From the NCBI RefSeq assembly GCF_032444005.1, contig NC_091283.1, positions 329,592,001 to 329,656,000 of the forward strand: a stretch of 64,000 bases of DNA. Reading direction: 5' to 3'. Below, in pieces: positions 50,495 to 62,799 of the stretch. The number at the start of each line of letters is the position of its first letter. Within the stretch, counting starts at the first letter, position 1. Under the pieces are notes generated by a model, which saw nothing but the letters and a program-made list of their open reading frames with translations, ran no database searches and was not told where the DNA came from. Origin of the DNA: Ranitomeya imitator. Taxonomy: Eukaryota. Made by a program: the position numbers and the translations under genes.

Positions 50495-50665
50495 TAGTAT
50501 AATGCACCCCGTAGTTCTTGATATAGTACAATGCATCCCTCATAGGAGTATAATGCAGCCCCCCCAGAGGAATATGATGCATCCCCCCATAGGAGTAGTG
50601 GAGGAGTACTCCATGGGAGTATAATGCATCCCCCCATGGGAGTATAATGCAGCCCCTATAGTCCT
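50495..50665. repeat. Degenerate minisatellite (ggagtataatgca[t/g]ccccc)n
   Basis: About six imperfect 22-26-bp copies. Confidence 0.65.
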
Positions 50666-50879
50666 CCAGTATTATGGCTACCACGTATTCACTGATTTGA
50701 AAAATAAATAACTGCAATTCTCTCCTCATTCCCCGCTGCAGTGTGGCTCCTCACCTTAGCAGCTCCATGGCTGCATCAGATGCAGAGGAGATGATGGGAG
50801 AGGGGGTGTCATGTGACGCATTCTACTTCATTATTGCCTTCAACAGTATTGGCATTGTAGATCCGTCCTCTGTGTAAAC

Positions 50880-51140
50880 CCTGCAGTACGATGCATTCAG
50901 CCTGAGGATCCAGTAAGCTTCACAGTTCATCCAGAAGGGGAGATCGCAGACCGGCATTACTGAACAATTTACCCTTTCAATGCCACAAAACTGAAAGTCC
51001 TTTAAGTCACCATTGTGTTCTCTTAGGAAATGTTTAGACACATTGAAGGGGTTAATGGCCTCGGGATTAGTGGGGTCTCCTATGTGCTCATCAATTCTCT
51101 GCTGTAATTTACCGGGGGTGCAGCCAACAGATCTGACATT
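50880..51140 (-). mobile_element. Penelope-like element, GIY-YIG endonuclease fragment
   Basis: VGCT..KLQQRIDEH...SKHFLREH...FQFCGIERV...EAYWILRL matches the C-terminal half of a PLE GIY-YIG domain. Confidence 0.7.
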
Positions 51141-51390
51141 ATCTCTGTGTAGTAAGTTATTTTTAAATGGTTTAAACACTCCAATTAATTAATACTAGCT
51201 ACTGATATAATGATATGGTTTCAATCAGTTATAATATATATATTATACTTTCAGAGAGGTTAGCAAAAGGTCATTGAAGGTTAAATGTTCAACCAGATGG
51301 TCAACTGAACAAGGAATGCAAATAACCGGTCATTTAGTCATTAGTAAATTTTGTATTTGTTGGCAGTAACTGACCTGTATTTGTTCTTTA

Positions 51391-51770
51391 GGATATGTGC
51401 ACACGTTGCGGATTTGGCTGCGGATCCGCAGTGGATTTGACCCTGTGGATCCGTAGCAGTTTTCCATTCGGTGTATAGTACCATGTAAATCTATAGAAAA
51501 CAAACCACTGTGTACATGCTACGGAAAATTCCGTGCAGAAACGCAGCGGTTTATTTTTCACAGCATATCAATTCTTTGAGCGGAAAAGCAGCGTTTCTGA
51601 ACCCATTGACTATACAATGAGTAAGGCAAATCCGCACATCAAAAAATGCAAGACAATCCGCAACAAATCCGCATTAAATCCGCAACCATTTTGGCCTGTG
51701 TTTTCTGCCAAGAGATGCGGATTCTGTGTGGAAAAATCCACAGCCAAATCTGCAACATGTGTACATACCC
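51391..51770. mobile_element. Harbinger-like MITE (family of 7605-7967)
   Basis: TIRs ggatatgtgcacacgttgc / gcaacatgtgtacataccc; TTA TSD. Confidence 0.82.
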
Positions 51771-54107
51771 TTAAGGAGGTTTCTCCCTGGCACTCCAATG
51801 AAGATCAACCCTTGTAACTGAAATACATTGGATGCATTAGGATATAAAAGAGAACTGAACTTTTTAGAGGGGACACACTGATACAGCGGAGATATGTGAC
51901 ATCTAGAGACAGAGAGAGAGCCTGATGACTTCTACCATAATAATGTAATGTATGAATAATGTACTTTATTGTTTAATCCTATTATTAAGTAAATTAAAAT
52001 TTTGTTTACTCAATTCTCGTGTGAACATTTATTTATTCATCACAATCTGTGAATCCATTACAAAACAATCTCCCACACACTGAATACAATATACTACAAA
52101 TTTACTACAGGTGATAAATTGTGTAATGAAATGTTTTTATTAATGTGATTAAATATTTTTTTTTGTTTCTCATATTTCCAAGGTGAACATTTATCACTGC
52201 CGCATTTGTGAGAACCCATAGGGGTGAGCCGGTTTCTTTTATGTGTTTCTCTTACTAGTAAACTAGGAGATATAAAACCTACAAGAAACAAAATGAGCAA
52301 AAACCCTGCTGTAACTAAATAAGTAAAAAGCAAGTGTGCATTTAAATAACACAGAGTTCCTAGTAATACTGTTTTCGATCAAAAATAGCATAAAAGCCAT
52401 CCCAACGTCAACAAGGTGACCCTGATCGGGACGGTCCTGCGCTGTCTAATATTAAAAACCTTACCATGTGTCAAAGTGGACTTCAGTGCGTGAATAAGAG
52501 CAGACAAAAGGACTGGTTCCCGACCTTTGGACACCAGTCTGGGGAAGTCTTTATATGTAATTTTCAAGGAGAGTGAAGCCACACCCCGGCTTGCACAGAA
52601 TGCAAAAAATACAAAGAAGAAATACAAAAATTGAACTTGGTATGCATGCAGCACATAAACGCATGTTCACATTGGCCATAAAGCATACCAAAACTAAACT
52701 AGGAGACAGGAGTTGTGGAAAGGTCGGGGGTTTGTGGCCAAGAACAAACAACTATCTCGTAATATCCGATGTCGGCTATCACTGTACCACACGGGAAGGG
52801 ATTTGTTAATAATTTCTAATTTAGATGACCGTATAATAAAAACACAGACAAATTAAAAAGAATCAAGTACAGGAAAAGATCGGCGGGTATGGCGTCAAAA
52901 TGGCATTATTTATATCAAATACATAATGGGACTTGATAATTGTCTCTTCACACAGTGAAGAAAGAAAGAAAGTGCCAGAGCACAACTGCCTGCAGTGTTA
53001 AGCATGTATTATTATTATTATTATTTATTGTTATAGCGCCATTTATTCCATGGCGCTTTACATGTAAGGAGGGGTATACATAATAAAAGCAAGTACAATA
53101 ATCTTAAACAATACAAGTCATAACTGGTACAGGAGGAGTGAGGACCCTGCCCGCGAAGGCTCACAATCTACAAGGGATGGGTGAGAATACAGTAGGTGAG
53201 GATAGAGCTGTGTTGTGAATTCTGTGGCTGAATTCACTCCTGTGGTCACAAGTGGTACTGCAGCTTCTGAGCTTCCTCCCTCAGGTGTTCTGGTGAGCTC
53301 GTTGGCTGCTTTGTTATTTAACTCCGCCTGATTCTGTCTTCCTGGCTCCTTGTCATTGTTCCGGTGTTGGATCTGAGCTTCTGGATCTTTCCTGTGGCCT
53401 GCTGCTCTGCTTAGATAAGTGCTTCTTTGCTTTTGTTGCTACTTTTTCTGTCCAGCTTGTCAATTCGTTTTGCTGGAAGCTCTGAGACGCAAAGGGTGTA
53501 CCGCCGTGCCGTTAGTTCGGCACGGTGGGTCTTTTTGCCCCCTTTGCGTGGTTTTTTGCTTTAGGGTTTTTTGTAGACTGCAAAGTTCTCTTTGCTGTCC
53601 TCGCTCTGTCTAGAATGTCGGGCCTCACTTTGCTGGGTCTATTTCATCCCTACGTTTGTCTTTTCATCTTGCTAGCAGTCATTGTATGTGGGGGGCTGCC
53701 TTTTCCTTTGGGGTATTTCTCTGAGGCAAGTCAGGCTTGTTTTTCTATCTTCAGGCTAGTCAGCTCCTCAGGCTGTGCCGAGTTGCATAGGTAGTGACAG
53801 GCGCAATCCACAGCTGCCTTTAGTTGTGTTTAGGATAGGTTCAGGTATTGCGGTCTACAGAGATTCCACGTCTCAGAGCTCGTTCTATTGTTTTTGGGTT
53901 ATTGTCAGATCACTGTGTGTGCTCTGATTGCTGGCACACTGTGTCACTGGATTGCCTACATAACTGTACAAACAGTACAAGGAGCCAACCTAATGATTCT
54001 CAATAGAGGGAAAAAAGAAGTTCTGACATCATTTTTTTTTTCTCAGCTCTGTGTTCAGTCTTTTTTTTCCCCTAGACATTTGGGTGTTTCAGGACACAGG
54101 TGTGGAC

Positions 54108-57100
54108 ATGGATATTCAGGGTCTGTGCTCTTCAATGGATAATCTCGTTACAAATGTACAAAGGATTCAAGATACTATTGATCAGAAATCTATGTTAGAA
54201 CCAAGAATTCCTATTCCTGATTTGTTTTTTGGTGATAGAACTAAGTTTCTTAATTTCAAAAATAATTGTAAGCTATTTCTGGCCTTGAAACCTCATTCTT
54301 CTGGTAATCCTATTCAACAGGTTTTGATTATTATTTCTTTTTTGCGCGGCGACCCTCAGGACTGGGCATTTTCTCTTGCGCCAGGAGACCCTGCATTGAG
54401 TAATGTAAATGCGTTTTTCCTGGCGCTCGGATTGCTTTACGATGAGCCTAATTCAGTGGATCAGGCTGAGAAAAATTTGCTGGCTTTGTGCCAGGGTCAG
54501 GATGATATAGAAGTATATTGTCAGAAATTTAGGAAGTGGTCAGTACTCACTCTGTGGAATGAATATGCGCTGGCAGCTTTGTTCAGAAAGGGTCTCTCTG
54601 AGGCTCTTAAGGATGTCATGGTGGGTTTTCCTATGCCTGCTGGTTTGAATGAGTCTGTCTTTGGCTATTCAGATCGGTCGACGCTTGCGCGAGCGTAAAT
54701 CTGTGCACCATTTGGCGGTATTGTCTAAGATTAAACCTGAGCCTATGCAGTGCGATAGGACTATGACCAGAGTTGAACGGCAAGAACACAGACGTCTGAA
54801 TGGTCTGTGTTTCTACTGTGGTGATTCCACTCATGCTGTTTCTGATTGTCCTAAGCGCACTAAGCGGTTCGCTAGGTCTGCCGTCATTGGTACTGTACAA
54901 TCCAAATTCCTTCTGTCCATTACCTTGATATGCTCTTTGTCATCGTATTCTGTCATGGCGTTTGTGGATTCAGGCGCTGCCCTGAATCTGATGGATTTGG
55001 ATTATGCTAAACGTTGTGGGTTTTTCTTGGAGCCTTTGCGGTGTCCTATTCCGTTGAGAGGAATTGATGCTACACCTTTGGCCAAGAATAAACCTCAGTA
55101 CTGGACCCAGCTGACCATGTGCATGGCTCCTGCACATCAGGAAGTTATTTGCTTTCTGGTGCTACATAATCTGCATGATGTGGTCGTGTTGGGGTTGCCA
55201 TGGCTGCAAACCCATAATCCAGTATTGGATTGGAACTCTATGTCGGTATCCAGCTGGGGTTGTCAGAGGGTACATGGTGATGTTCCATTTTTGTCTATTT
55301 CGTCATCCACTCCTTCTGAGGTCCCAGAGTTCTTGTCTGATTATCAGGATGTATTTGGGGAGCCCAAGTCCGATGCCCTACCTCCGCATAGGGATTGTGA
55401 TTGTGCTATCAATTTGATTCCTGGTAGTAAATTCCCTAAAGGTCGATTATTTAATTTATCCGTGCCTGAACCCGCCGCTATGCGCAGTTATGTGAAGGAA
55501 TCCCTGGAGAAGGGACATATTCGCCCATCGTCATCACCACTGGGAGCAGGGTTCTTTTTTGTAGCCAAGAAGGATGGTTCGCTGAGACCGTGTATTGATT
55601 ACCGCCTTCTAAATAAGATCACTGTGAAATTTCAGTATCCCTTGCCATTGTTATCTGACTTGTTTGCTCGGATTAAGGGGGCTAGTTGGTTCACTAAGAT
55701 AGATCTTCGTGGTGCGTATAATCTGGTGAGAATCAGGCAAGGAGATGAATGGAAAACTGCATTTAATACGCCCGAGGGTCATTTAGAGTATCTAGTAATG
55801 CCGTTCGGACTTGCCAATGCTCCATCTGTGTTTCAGTCTTTTATGCATGACATCTTCCGTGAGTATCTGGATAAATTCCTGATTGTTTACTTGGATGACA
55901 TTTTGATCTTCTCTAATGATTGGGACTCTCATGTGAAGCAGGTCAGAATGGTTTTCCAGGTCCTGCGTGCTAATTCTTTGTTTGTGAAGGGATCAAAGTG
56001 TCTCTTCGGTGTGCAGAAAGTTTCATTTTTGGGGTTCATCTTTTCCCCTTCTACTATCGAGATGGATCCGGTTAAGGTCCAAGCCATCCAGGATTGGACT
56101 CAGCCGACATCTCTGAAAAGTCTGCAAAAATTCCTGGGCTTTGCTAATTTTTATCGTCGCTTCATCTGTAATTTTTCTAGCATTGCCAAACCATTGACCG
56201 ATTTGACCAAGAAGGGTGCTGATTTGGTTAATTGGTCTTCTGCTGCTGTGGAAGCTTTTCAGGAGTTGAAGCATCGTTTTTGTTCTGCCCCTGTGTTGTG
56301 TCAACCAGATGTTTCTCTTCCGTTCCAGGTCGAGGTTGATGCTTCTGAGATTGGAGCAGGGGCGGTTTTGTCACAGAGAGGTTCTGGTTGCTCAGTGTTG
56401 AAACCATGTGCTTTCTTTTCCAGGAAGTTTTCGGCTGCTGAGCGTAATTATGATGTGGGCAACCGAGAGTTGCTGGCCATGAAGTGGGCATTCGAGGAAT
56501 GGCGTCATTGGCTTGAAGGAGCTAAGCATCGCGTGGTGGTATTGACTGATCATAAGAACCTTACTTATCTCGAGTCTGCCAAGCGCTTGAATCCTAGACA
56601 GGCCCGTTGGTCGTTATTTTTTGCCCGCTTCGATTTTGTGATTTCGTACCTTCCGGGCTCTAAAAATGTGAAGGCGGATGCTCTGTCTAGGAGTTTTGTG
56701 GCCGACTCTCCGGGTTCATCTGAGCCGGCGAGTATCCTCAAGGAAGGAGTCATTGTGTCTGCCATCTCCCCTGATTTGCGGTGAGTGTTGCAAAAATTTC
56801 AGGCAAATAAACCTGATCGTTGTCCGGCGGAGAAACTGTTCGTCCCTGATAGGTGGACTAGTAAAGTTATCTCTGAACTTCATTGTTCGGTGTTGGCTGG
56901 TCATCCTGGAATCTTTGGTACCAGAGAGTTAGTGGCTAGATCCTTCTGGTGGCCATCTCTGTCACGGGATGTACGTGCTTTTGTGCAGTCCTGTGGGATT
57001 TGTGCTAGGGCTAAGCCCTGCTGTTCACGTGCCAGTGGGTTGCTTTTGCCCTTGCCGGTCCCAAAGAGGCCTTGGACACATATTTCGATGGATTTCATTT

Positions 57101-58469
57101 CTGACCTTCCCGTTTCTCAAAAGATGTCAGTCATTTGGGTGGTCTGTGATCGCTTTTCTAAAATGGTCCATCTGGTGCCCTTGGTTAAATTGCCTTCCTC
57201 CTCTGATTTGGTGCCTTTGTTCTTCCAGCATGTGGTTCGTTTGCATGGCATTCCTGAGAATATTGTTTCTGACAGAGGTTCCCAGTTTGTTTCAAGATTT
57301 TGGCGAGCCTTTTGTGGTAGGATGGGCATTGACCATTGACCATTGACGGGCAGCACGGTGGCGCAGTGGTTAGCACTCTAGCCTTGCAGCGCTGGAGTCC
57401 TGGGTTCTAATCCCACTCAGGACAACATCTGCAAAGAGTGTTCTCTCCGTGTTTGCGTGGGTTTCCTCCGGGTACTCCGGTTTCCTCCCACATTCCAAAG
57501 ACATACTGATAGGGAATTTAGATTGTGAGCCCCATCGGGGACAGTAATGATAATGTGTGCAAAAAAACTGTAAAGCGCTGCGGAATATGTTAGCGCTATA
57601 TAAAAATAAAGATTATTTATTTTATTTATTTATTGACCTATCTTTTTCCTCGGCTTTCCATCCTCAGACTAATGGCCAGACCGAACGAACCAATCAGACC
57701 TTGGAAACATCTGAGATGTTTTGTTTCTGCAGACCAGGATGATTGGGTGTCCTTTTTGCCGTTGGCTGAGTTCGCCCTTAATAATCGGGCCAGCTCGGCT
57801 ACCTTGGTCTCTCCATTTTTCTGCAATTCTGGGTTCCATCCTCGTTTCTCTTCAGGACAGGTTGAGTCTTCGGACTGTCCTGGTGTGGATTCTGTGGTGG
57901 ACAGGTTGCAGCAGATCTGGACTCAGGTAGTGGACAATTTGACCTTGTGCCAGGAGAAGGCTCAACTTTTCGCTAATCGCAGACGCCGTGTGGGTCCCCG
58001 ACTTCGTGTTGGGGATCTGGTTTGGTTATCTTCTCGTCATATTCCTATGAAGGTTTCCTCTCCTAAATTTAAACCTCGTTTTATTGGTCCGTATAGGATT
58101 TCTGAGATTCTCAATCCTGTGTCTTTTCGTCTGACCCTCCCAGACTCCTTTTCCATACATAATGTATTCCATAGGTCGTTGTTGCGGAGATACGTGGCAC
58201 CTATGGTTCCATCTGTTGAGCCTCCTGCCCCGGTTTTGGTGGAGGGGGAATTGGAGTATATTGTAGAGAAAATTTTGGATTCTCGTGTTTCTAGACGGAA
58301 ACTCCAGTATCTGGTTAAATGGAAGGGTTATGCTCAGGAAGATAATTCCTGGGTTTTTGCCTCTGATGTCCATGCTCCAGATCTTGTTCGTGCCTTTCAT
58401 GTGGCTCATCCTGGTCGGCCTGGGGGCTCTGGTGAGGGTTCGGTGACCCCTCCTCAAGGGGGGGGGTAC
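54108..58469 (+). pseudogene. Gypsy-2 gag-pol (frameshift ~54655, TGA at 56782-56784, SINE insertion in integrase)
   Basis: Same domain series as Gypsy-1: CCHC knuckle, DSGA, YLDD, DAS, DDE integrase, chromodomain. Confidence 0.93.
57348..57631 (+). mobile_element. tRNA-derived V-SINE-like element with an L2-type tail
   Basis: A box tggcgcagtgg, B box ggttctaatcc, central gtgggtttcctccgggtactccggtttcctcccaca domain; attgac duplicated at both ends. Confidence 0.9.
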
Positions 58470-61400
58470 TGTTGTGAATTCTGTGGCTGAATTCACTCCT
58501 GTGGTCACAAGTGGTACTGCAGCTTCTGAGCTTCCTCCCTCAGGTGTTCTGGTGAGCTCGTTGGCTGCTTTGTTATTTAACTCCGCCTGATTCTGTCTTC
58601 CTGGCTCCTTGTCATTGTTCCAGTGTTGGATCTGAGCTTCTGGATCTTTCCTGTGGCCTGCTGCTCTGCTTAGATAAGTGCTTCTTTGCTTTTGTTGCTA
58701 CTTTTTCTGTCCAGCTTGTCAATTCGTTTTGCTGGAAGCTCTGAGACGCAAAGGGTGTACCGCCGTGCCGTTAGTTCGGCACGGTGGGTCTTTTTGCCCC
58801 CTTTGCGTGGTTTTTTGCTTTAGGGTTTTTTGTAGACTGCAAAGTTCTCTTTGCTGTCCTCGCTCTGTCTAGAATGTCGGGCCTCACTTTGCTGGGTCTA
58901 TTTCATCCCTACGTTTGTCTTTTCATCTTGCTAGCAGTCATTGTATGTGGGGGGCTGCCTTTTCCTTTGGGGTATTTCTCTGAGGCAAGTCAGGCTTGTT
59001 TTTCTATCTTCAGGCTAGTCAGCTCCTCAGGCTGTGCCGAGTTGCATAGGTAGTGACAGGCGCAATCCACAGCTGCCTTTAGTTGTGTTTAGGATAGGTT
59101 CAGGTATTGCGGTCTACAGAGATTCCACGTCTCAGAGCTCGTTCTATTGTTTTTGGGTTATTGTCAGATCACTGTGTGTGCTCTGATTGCTGGCACACTG
59201 TGTCACTGGATTGCCTACATAACAGAGCTGGTCATGCAGCGGTTTGGTCGATCGGTGGTTACTGCAGGTTGTAGGCTTGTCGGAAGAGGTGGGTCTTCAG
59301 GTTCTTTTTGAAGGTTTCGATGGTAGGCGAGAGTCTGATGTGTTGTGGTACAGGGTTCCAGAGTAAGGGTGATACGCGAGAGAAATCTTGTATACGATTG
59401 TGGGAAGAGGAGATAAGAGGGGAGTAGAGTAGGAGATCTTGTGAGGATCGGAGGTTGCGTGTAGGTAAGTACCGGGAGACGAGGTCACAGATGTATGGAG
59501 GAGACAGGTTGTGGATGGCTTTGTACGTCATGGTTAGGCTTTTGTAGTGGAGTCTCTGGGCAATGGGGAGCCAGTGAAGGGATTGACAGAGGGGAGAGGC
59601 CGGGGAATAGCGAGGGGACAGGTGGATTAGTCGGGCAGCAGAGTTTAGTTTAGAATAGATTGGAGGGGTGCGAGAGTGTTAGAGGGGAGGCCACAGAGCA
59701 GGAGGTTGCAGTAGTCAAGGCGAGAGATGATGAGGGCATGGACTAGGGTTTTTGCAGATTCATGGTTGAGGAATGAACGGATTTGTGAAATATTTTTGAG
59801 TTGAAGTCGGCAGGAAGTGGAAAGGGCTTGGATATGTGGTTTGAAGGAGAGATCAGCGTCAAAGATTACCCCGAGGCAGCGAGCTTGTGGGACTGGGGAG
59901 AGTGGGCAGCCATTTACTGTAATGGATAGGTTCGTTGGGGGGGTCGCGTGAGATGGGGGAAAGATGATGAATTCTGTTTTGTCCATGTTAAGTTTCAGAA
60001 ATCTAGCGGAGAAGAAGGATGAAATAGTGGACAGACATTGAGGGATTCTGGTTAGAAGGGAGGTGATATCTGGTCCAGAGATGTAGATCTGTGTGTCGTC
60101 AGCATAGAGGTGATACTGAAAGCCATGAGATTGTATGAGCTGTCCCAGGCCAAAGGTTTAAATGGAGAAGAGCAGGGGCCCGAGGACTGAACCTTGTGGG
60201 ACTCCGACGGATAGAGGGCGAGGTGAGGAGGTGGTGTGTGAGTGGGAGACGCTGAATGTCCGGTCTGTTAGGTATGATGAGATCCAGGATAGGGCCAAGT
60301 CTGCGATGCCAAGGGATGAGAGGGTCTGTAATAATAGGGAATGGTCCACTGTGTCAAAGGCAGCCGACAGGTCTAGGAGGAGGAGGACAGAGTAGTGTCA
60401 CTTGCTCTTGGCGGTTAAGAGGTCATTGGTGACTTTAGTTAGGGCAGTTTCAGTGGAATGGTGTGACCGGAAGCCAGATTGTAGGCGGTCAAAGAGGGAG
60501 CAAGAAGAGAGATGGGAGGACAGTTCAAGGTAAACGTGTTGTTCCAGTAGTTTGGAGGCATAGGGGAGAAGTGATATAGGGCGATAGCTAGATACAGAGG
60601 ATGGGTCAAGAGAAGGCTTTTTGAGGATAGGTGTGATGGAGGCATGTTTAAAGCTTGAGGGGAAAACACCAGTTGTTAGTGATAGGTTGAAGAGATGGGT
60701 TAGGGTTGGGATGAAGACTGTGGTGAGGTTTGGGATGAGGTGGGATGGGAGCGGGTCAAGTGCACAGGTGGTGAGATGCGATCTTGAGAGTAGAGTGGAG
60801 AGTTGATGTTCTGTAATGGTGGAGAAGTTGGTTTTGGAGGTGGAGGGCTGGGAAATCGGGAGGAAGGGCTCAGGGGGTTGTTGACCAAAACTGTCTCTGA
60901 TGCTATCAATCTTCTGCTTGAAAAATGAGGCAAAGTCTTCAGCGGAGATAAGTGGGGAGGGAGGAGGTGCTGGGAGACGGAGGAGAGAGTTGAAGGTGTT
61001 GAATAACTGTTTAGGGTTGTGAGACAGAGAGGATATGAGAGATGAGAAGTAGGTTTGTTTTGCTGTGGCGATTGTGGTATTGAAAGTAGTGAGGGACTGT
61101 TTGAATGCGATGAAGTGCTCGTTAGAGTGGGATCTTTTCCATCTGCGCTCAGCAGCCCTGGAAGCTCGCCTCAGTTCTTTGGTCAGGCTGGTGTGCCAGG
61201 GCTGTCTGTTGATTTTGCGAGCTTTGGTATGTGTAAGTGGGGCAGCAGATTCCAAAACTACAGCTATTGTGGTGTTATATAGAGCGGCAGCGTCATCCGC
61301 ATTGTGTATGGAACTTATGTCTGTGAGAGGGAGGAGGGATTCAGAGAATGAATGTAGGTCAAGATGTTTAAGATTTCTGCGAGGGTGTGAAAGTTTGTGG

Positions 61401-61789
61401 GGTGGGGATTGTAGACAAGGAGTGGAGAGGGAAGAGAATGTGAGAAGGTTGTGGTCAGAGAGTGGAAGAGGTGAGTTAGAGAGGTTAGATAGAGAGCAGA
61501 GGCGGGTGAAGATGAGGTCCAGTGTGTGACCGTCTTTGTGAGTGGCTGCAGAAGACCATTGAGTGAGGCCGAAGGAGGAAGTGAGAGTTAGAAGTTTAGT
61601 GGCAGCTGAGAGGGAAGTGTCAATGGGTATGTTGAAGTCGCCCATGATGATAGTGGGGATGTCCGCAGAAAGGAAATGAAGTAGCCAGGTGGTGAAGTGG
61701 TCAAAGAAGGTGGTGGCTGGCCCTGGCCATGTATCCCAAATAACGTCAGTATGTAAAATATAAAAGGTGCTTAGCTTTTTTTTACGTTT

Positions 61790-62510
61790 ATGCTGGTAAC
61801 CAGGGTAAACATCGGGTTACTAAGGGCGGCCCTGCGCATTAACCCTGTGTGAGCGGTGACTGCAGGGAGTATGGAGCGGGCACTGACTGCAGGGGAGCAG
61901 GCGCGAAGAAGCTGCGGTACCATGGGACAGGCAGGGACCGCATCAGGAGCAGGTATTTCATATTCACCTGTCCGCGTTCCATCCGCCGGGCGCTACTCTG
62001 TCTTCCCATCCTCTTGCAGTGACTGTGCAGGTCAGAGGGCGCGATGATGTATTAGTGTGCGCGTCGCCCTCTGCCTGAACAGTCAGTGCAGAGAGATGGG
62101 ACGCTGAGGAGCAGCGACGAGAGGTGAGTATGTGATTATTTATTTTTTATTGCAGCAGCAGCATTACATGTGGCACAATGCTGTATGTAGCGTCTATGGG
62201 ACCATAAAGAACTGCATGGAGCATTAAATGGGGCATCTATGGGGCCATAACTGCATGGATCATTAAATGGGACATCGATGGTGCCATAACTGCATGGAGC
62301 ATTATATGGGGCATCTATGGGGCCATAACTGCATGGGGCATCTATGGGGCCATAACTGCATGGAGCATTATATGGAGCTTCTATGGGGCCATAACTGCAT
62401 GGAGCATTTTGCTACGTGACTGGGAAAAATACTACGTGTCTGTTCAATATACTACGTGGACATGCATATTCTAGAATACCCGATGCGTTAGAATCCGGCC
62501 ACCATCTAGT
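61790..62510. mobile_element. Right part of another copy of the ACTAGATGG-TIR composite element, with ~35-bp tandem repeats
   Basis: Ends tattctagaatacccgatgcgttagaatccggccaccatctagt; ggggcatctatggggccataactgcatggagcatta repeated about five times (62195-62405). Confidence 0.65.
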
Positions 62511-62536
62511 ATGATATAACAGCCACTTAGTATATT

Positions 62537-62799
62537 GGCAGCATGGTGGCGCAGTGGTTAGCACAGCAGCCTTGCAGCGCTGGAGTCCTGGGTTCAAACC
62601 CCACCAAGGACAGCATCTGCAAAGAGTTTGTATGTTGTTTGTGTGGGTTTCCTCCGGGTACTCCTCCCACATTTCAAAGACATACTGATAGGGAATTTAG
62701 ATTGTTAGCCCCAACGGCGACAGCAATGATAATGTTTGCAAAACTGTAAAGCGCTGCGTAATATGTTAGCGCTATATAAAAATAAAGATTATTATTATT
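62537..62799 (+). mobile_element. Second V-SINE-like copy
   Basis: Same A/B boxes, central domain and ctgtaaagcgctgcg...gcgctatataaaaataaag tail as 57348-57631. Confidence 0.9.

Larger units (their letters stand above)
53211..59224 (+). mobile_element. Ty3/Gypsy chromodomain LTR retrotransposon (Gypsy-2; Tf1/sushi-like)
   Basis: Near-identical LTRs 53211-~53965 and 58470-59224; PPT aaggggggggg before 58470; gagctg on both flanks. Confidence 0.96.
53007..61722 (-). mobile_element. Long L2 LINE (partial APE, RT, 3' tail) split by Gypsy-2 (own sequence 59225-61722 and 53007-53210)
   Basis: [44 protein letters not shown] and YADD motifs. The 3'UTR continues across the Gypsy (gatagagctg|gtcatgcagc) to a (TAA)n tail. 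Confidence 0.92.

Noticed and set aside
54649-56784. 711-aa uninterrupted PR-RT-RH ORF as a domesticated gene or active element
   Set aside because: Bounded by a gag frameshift, a TGA and a SINE in integrase, and flanked by intact LTRs; a young defective provirus.
57348-57430. tRNA-like A/B boxes (also at 62537)
   Set aside because: They continue into a V-SINE body and an L2 tail, so they are SINE heads and not tRNA genes.
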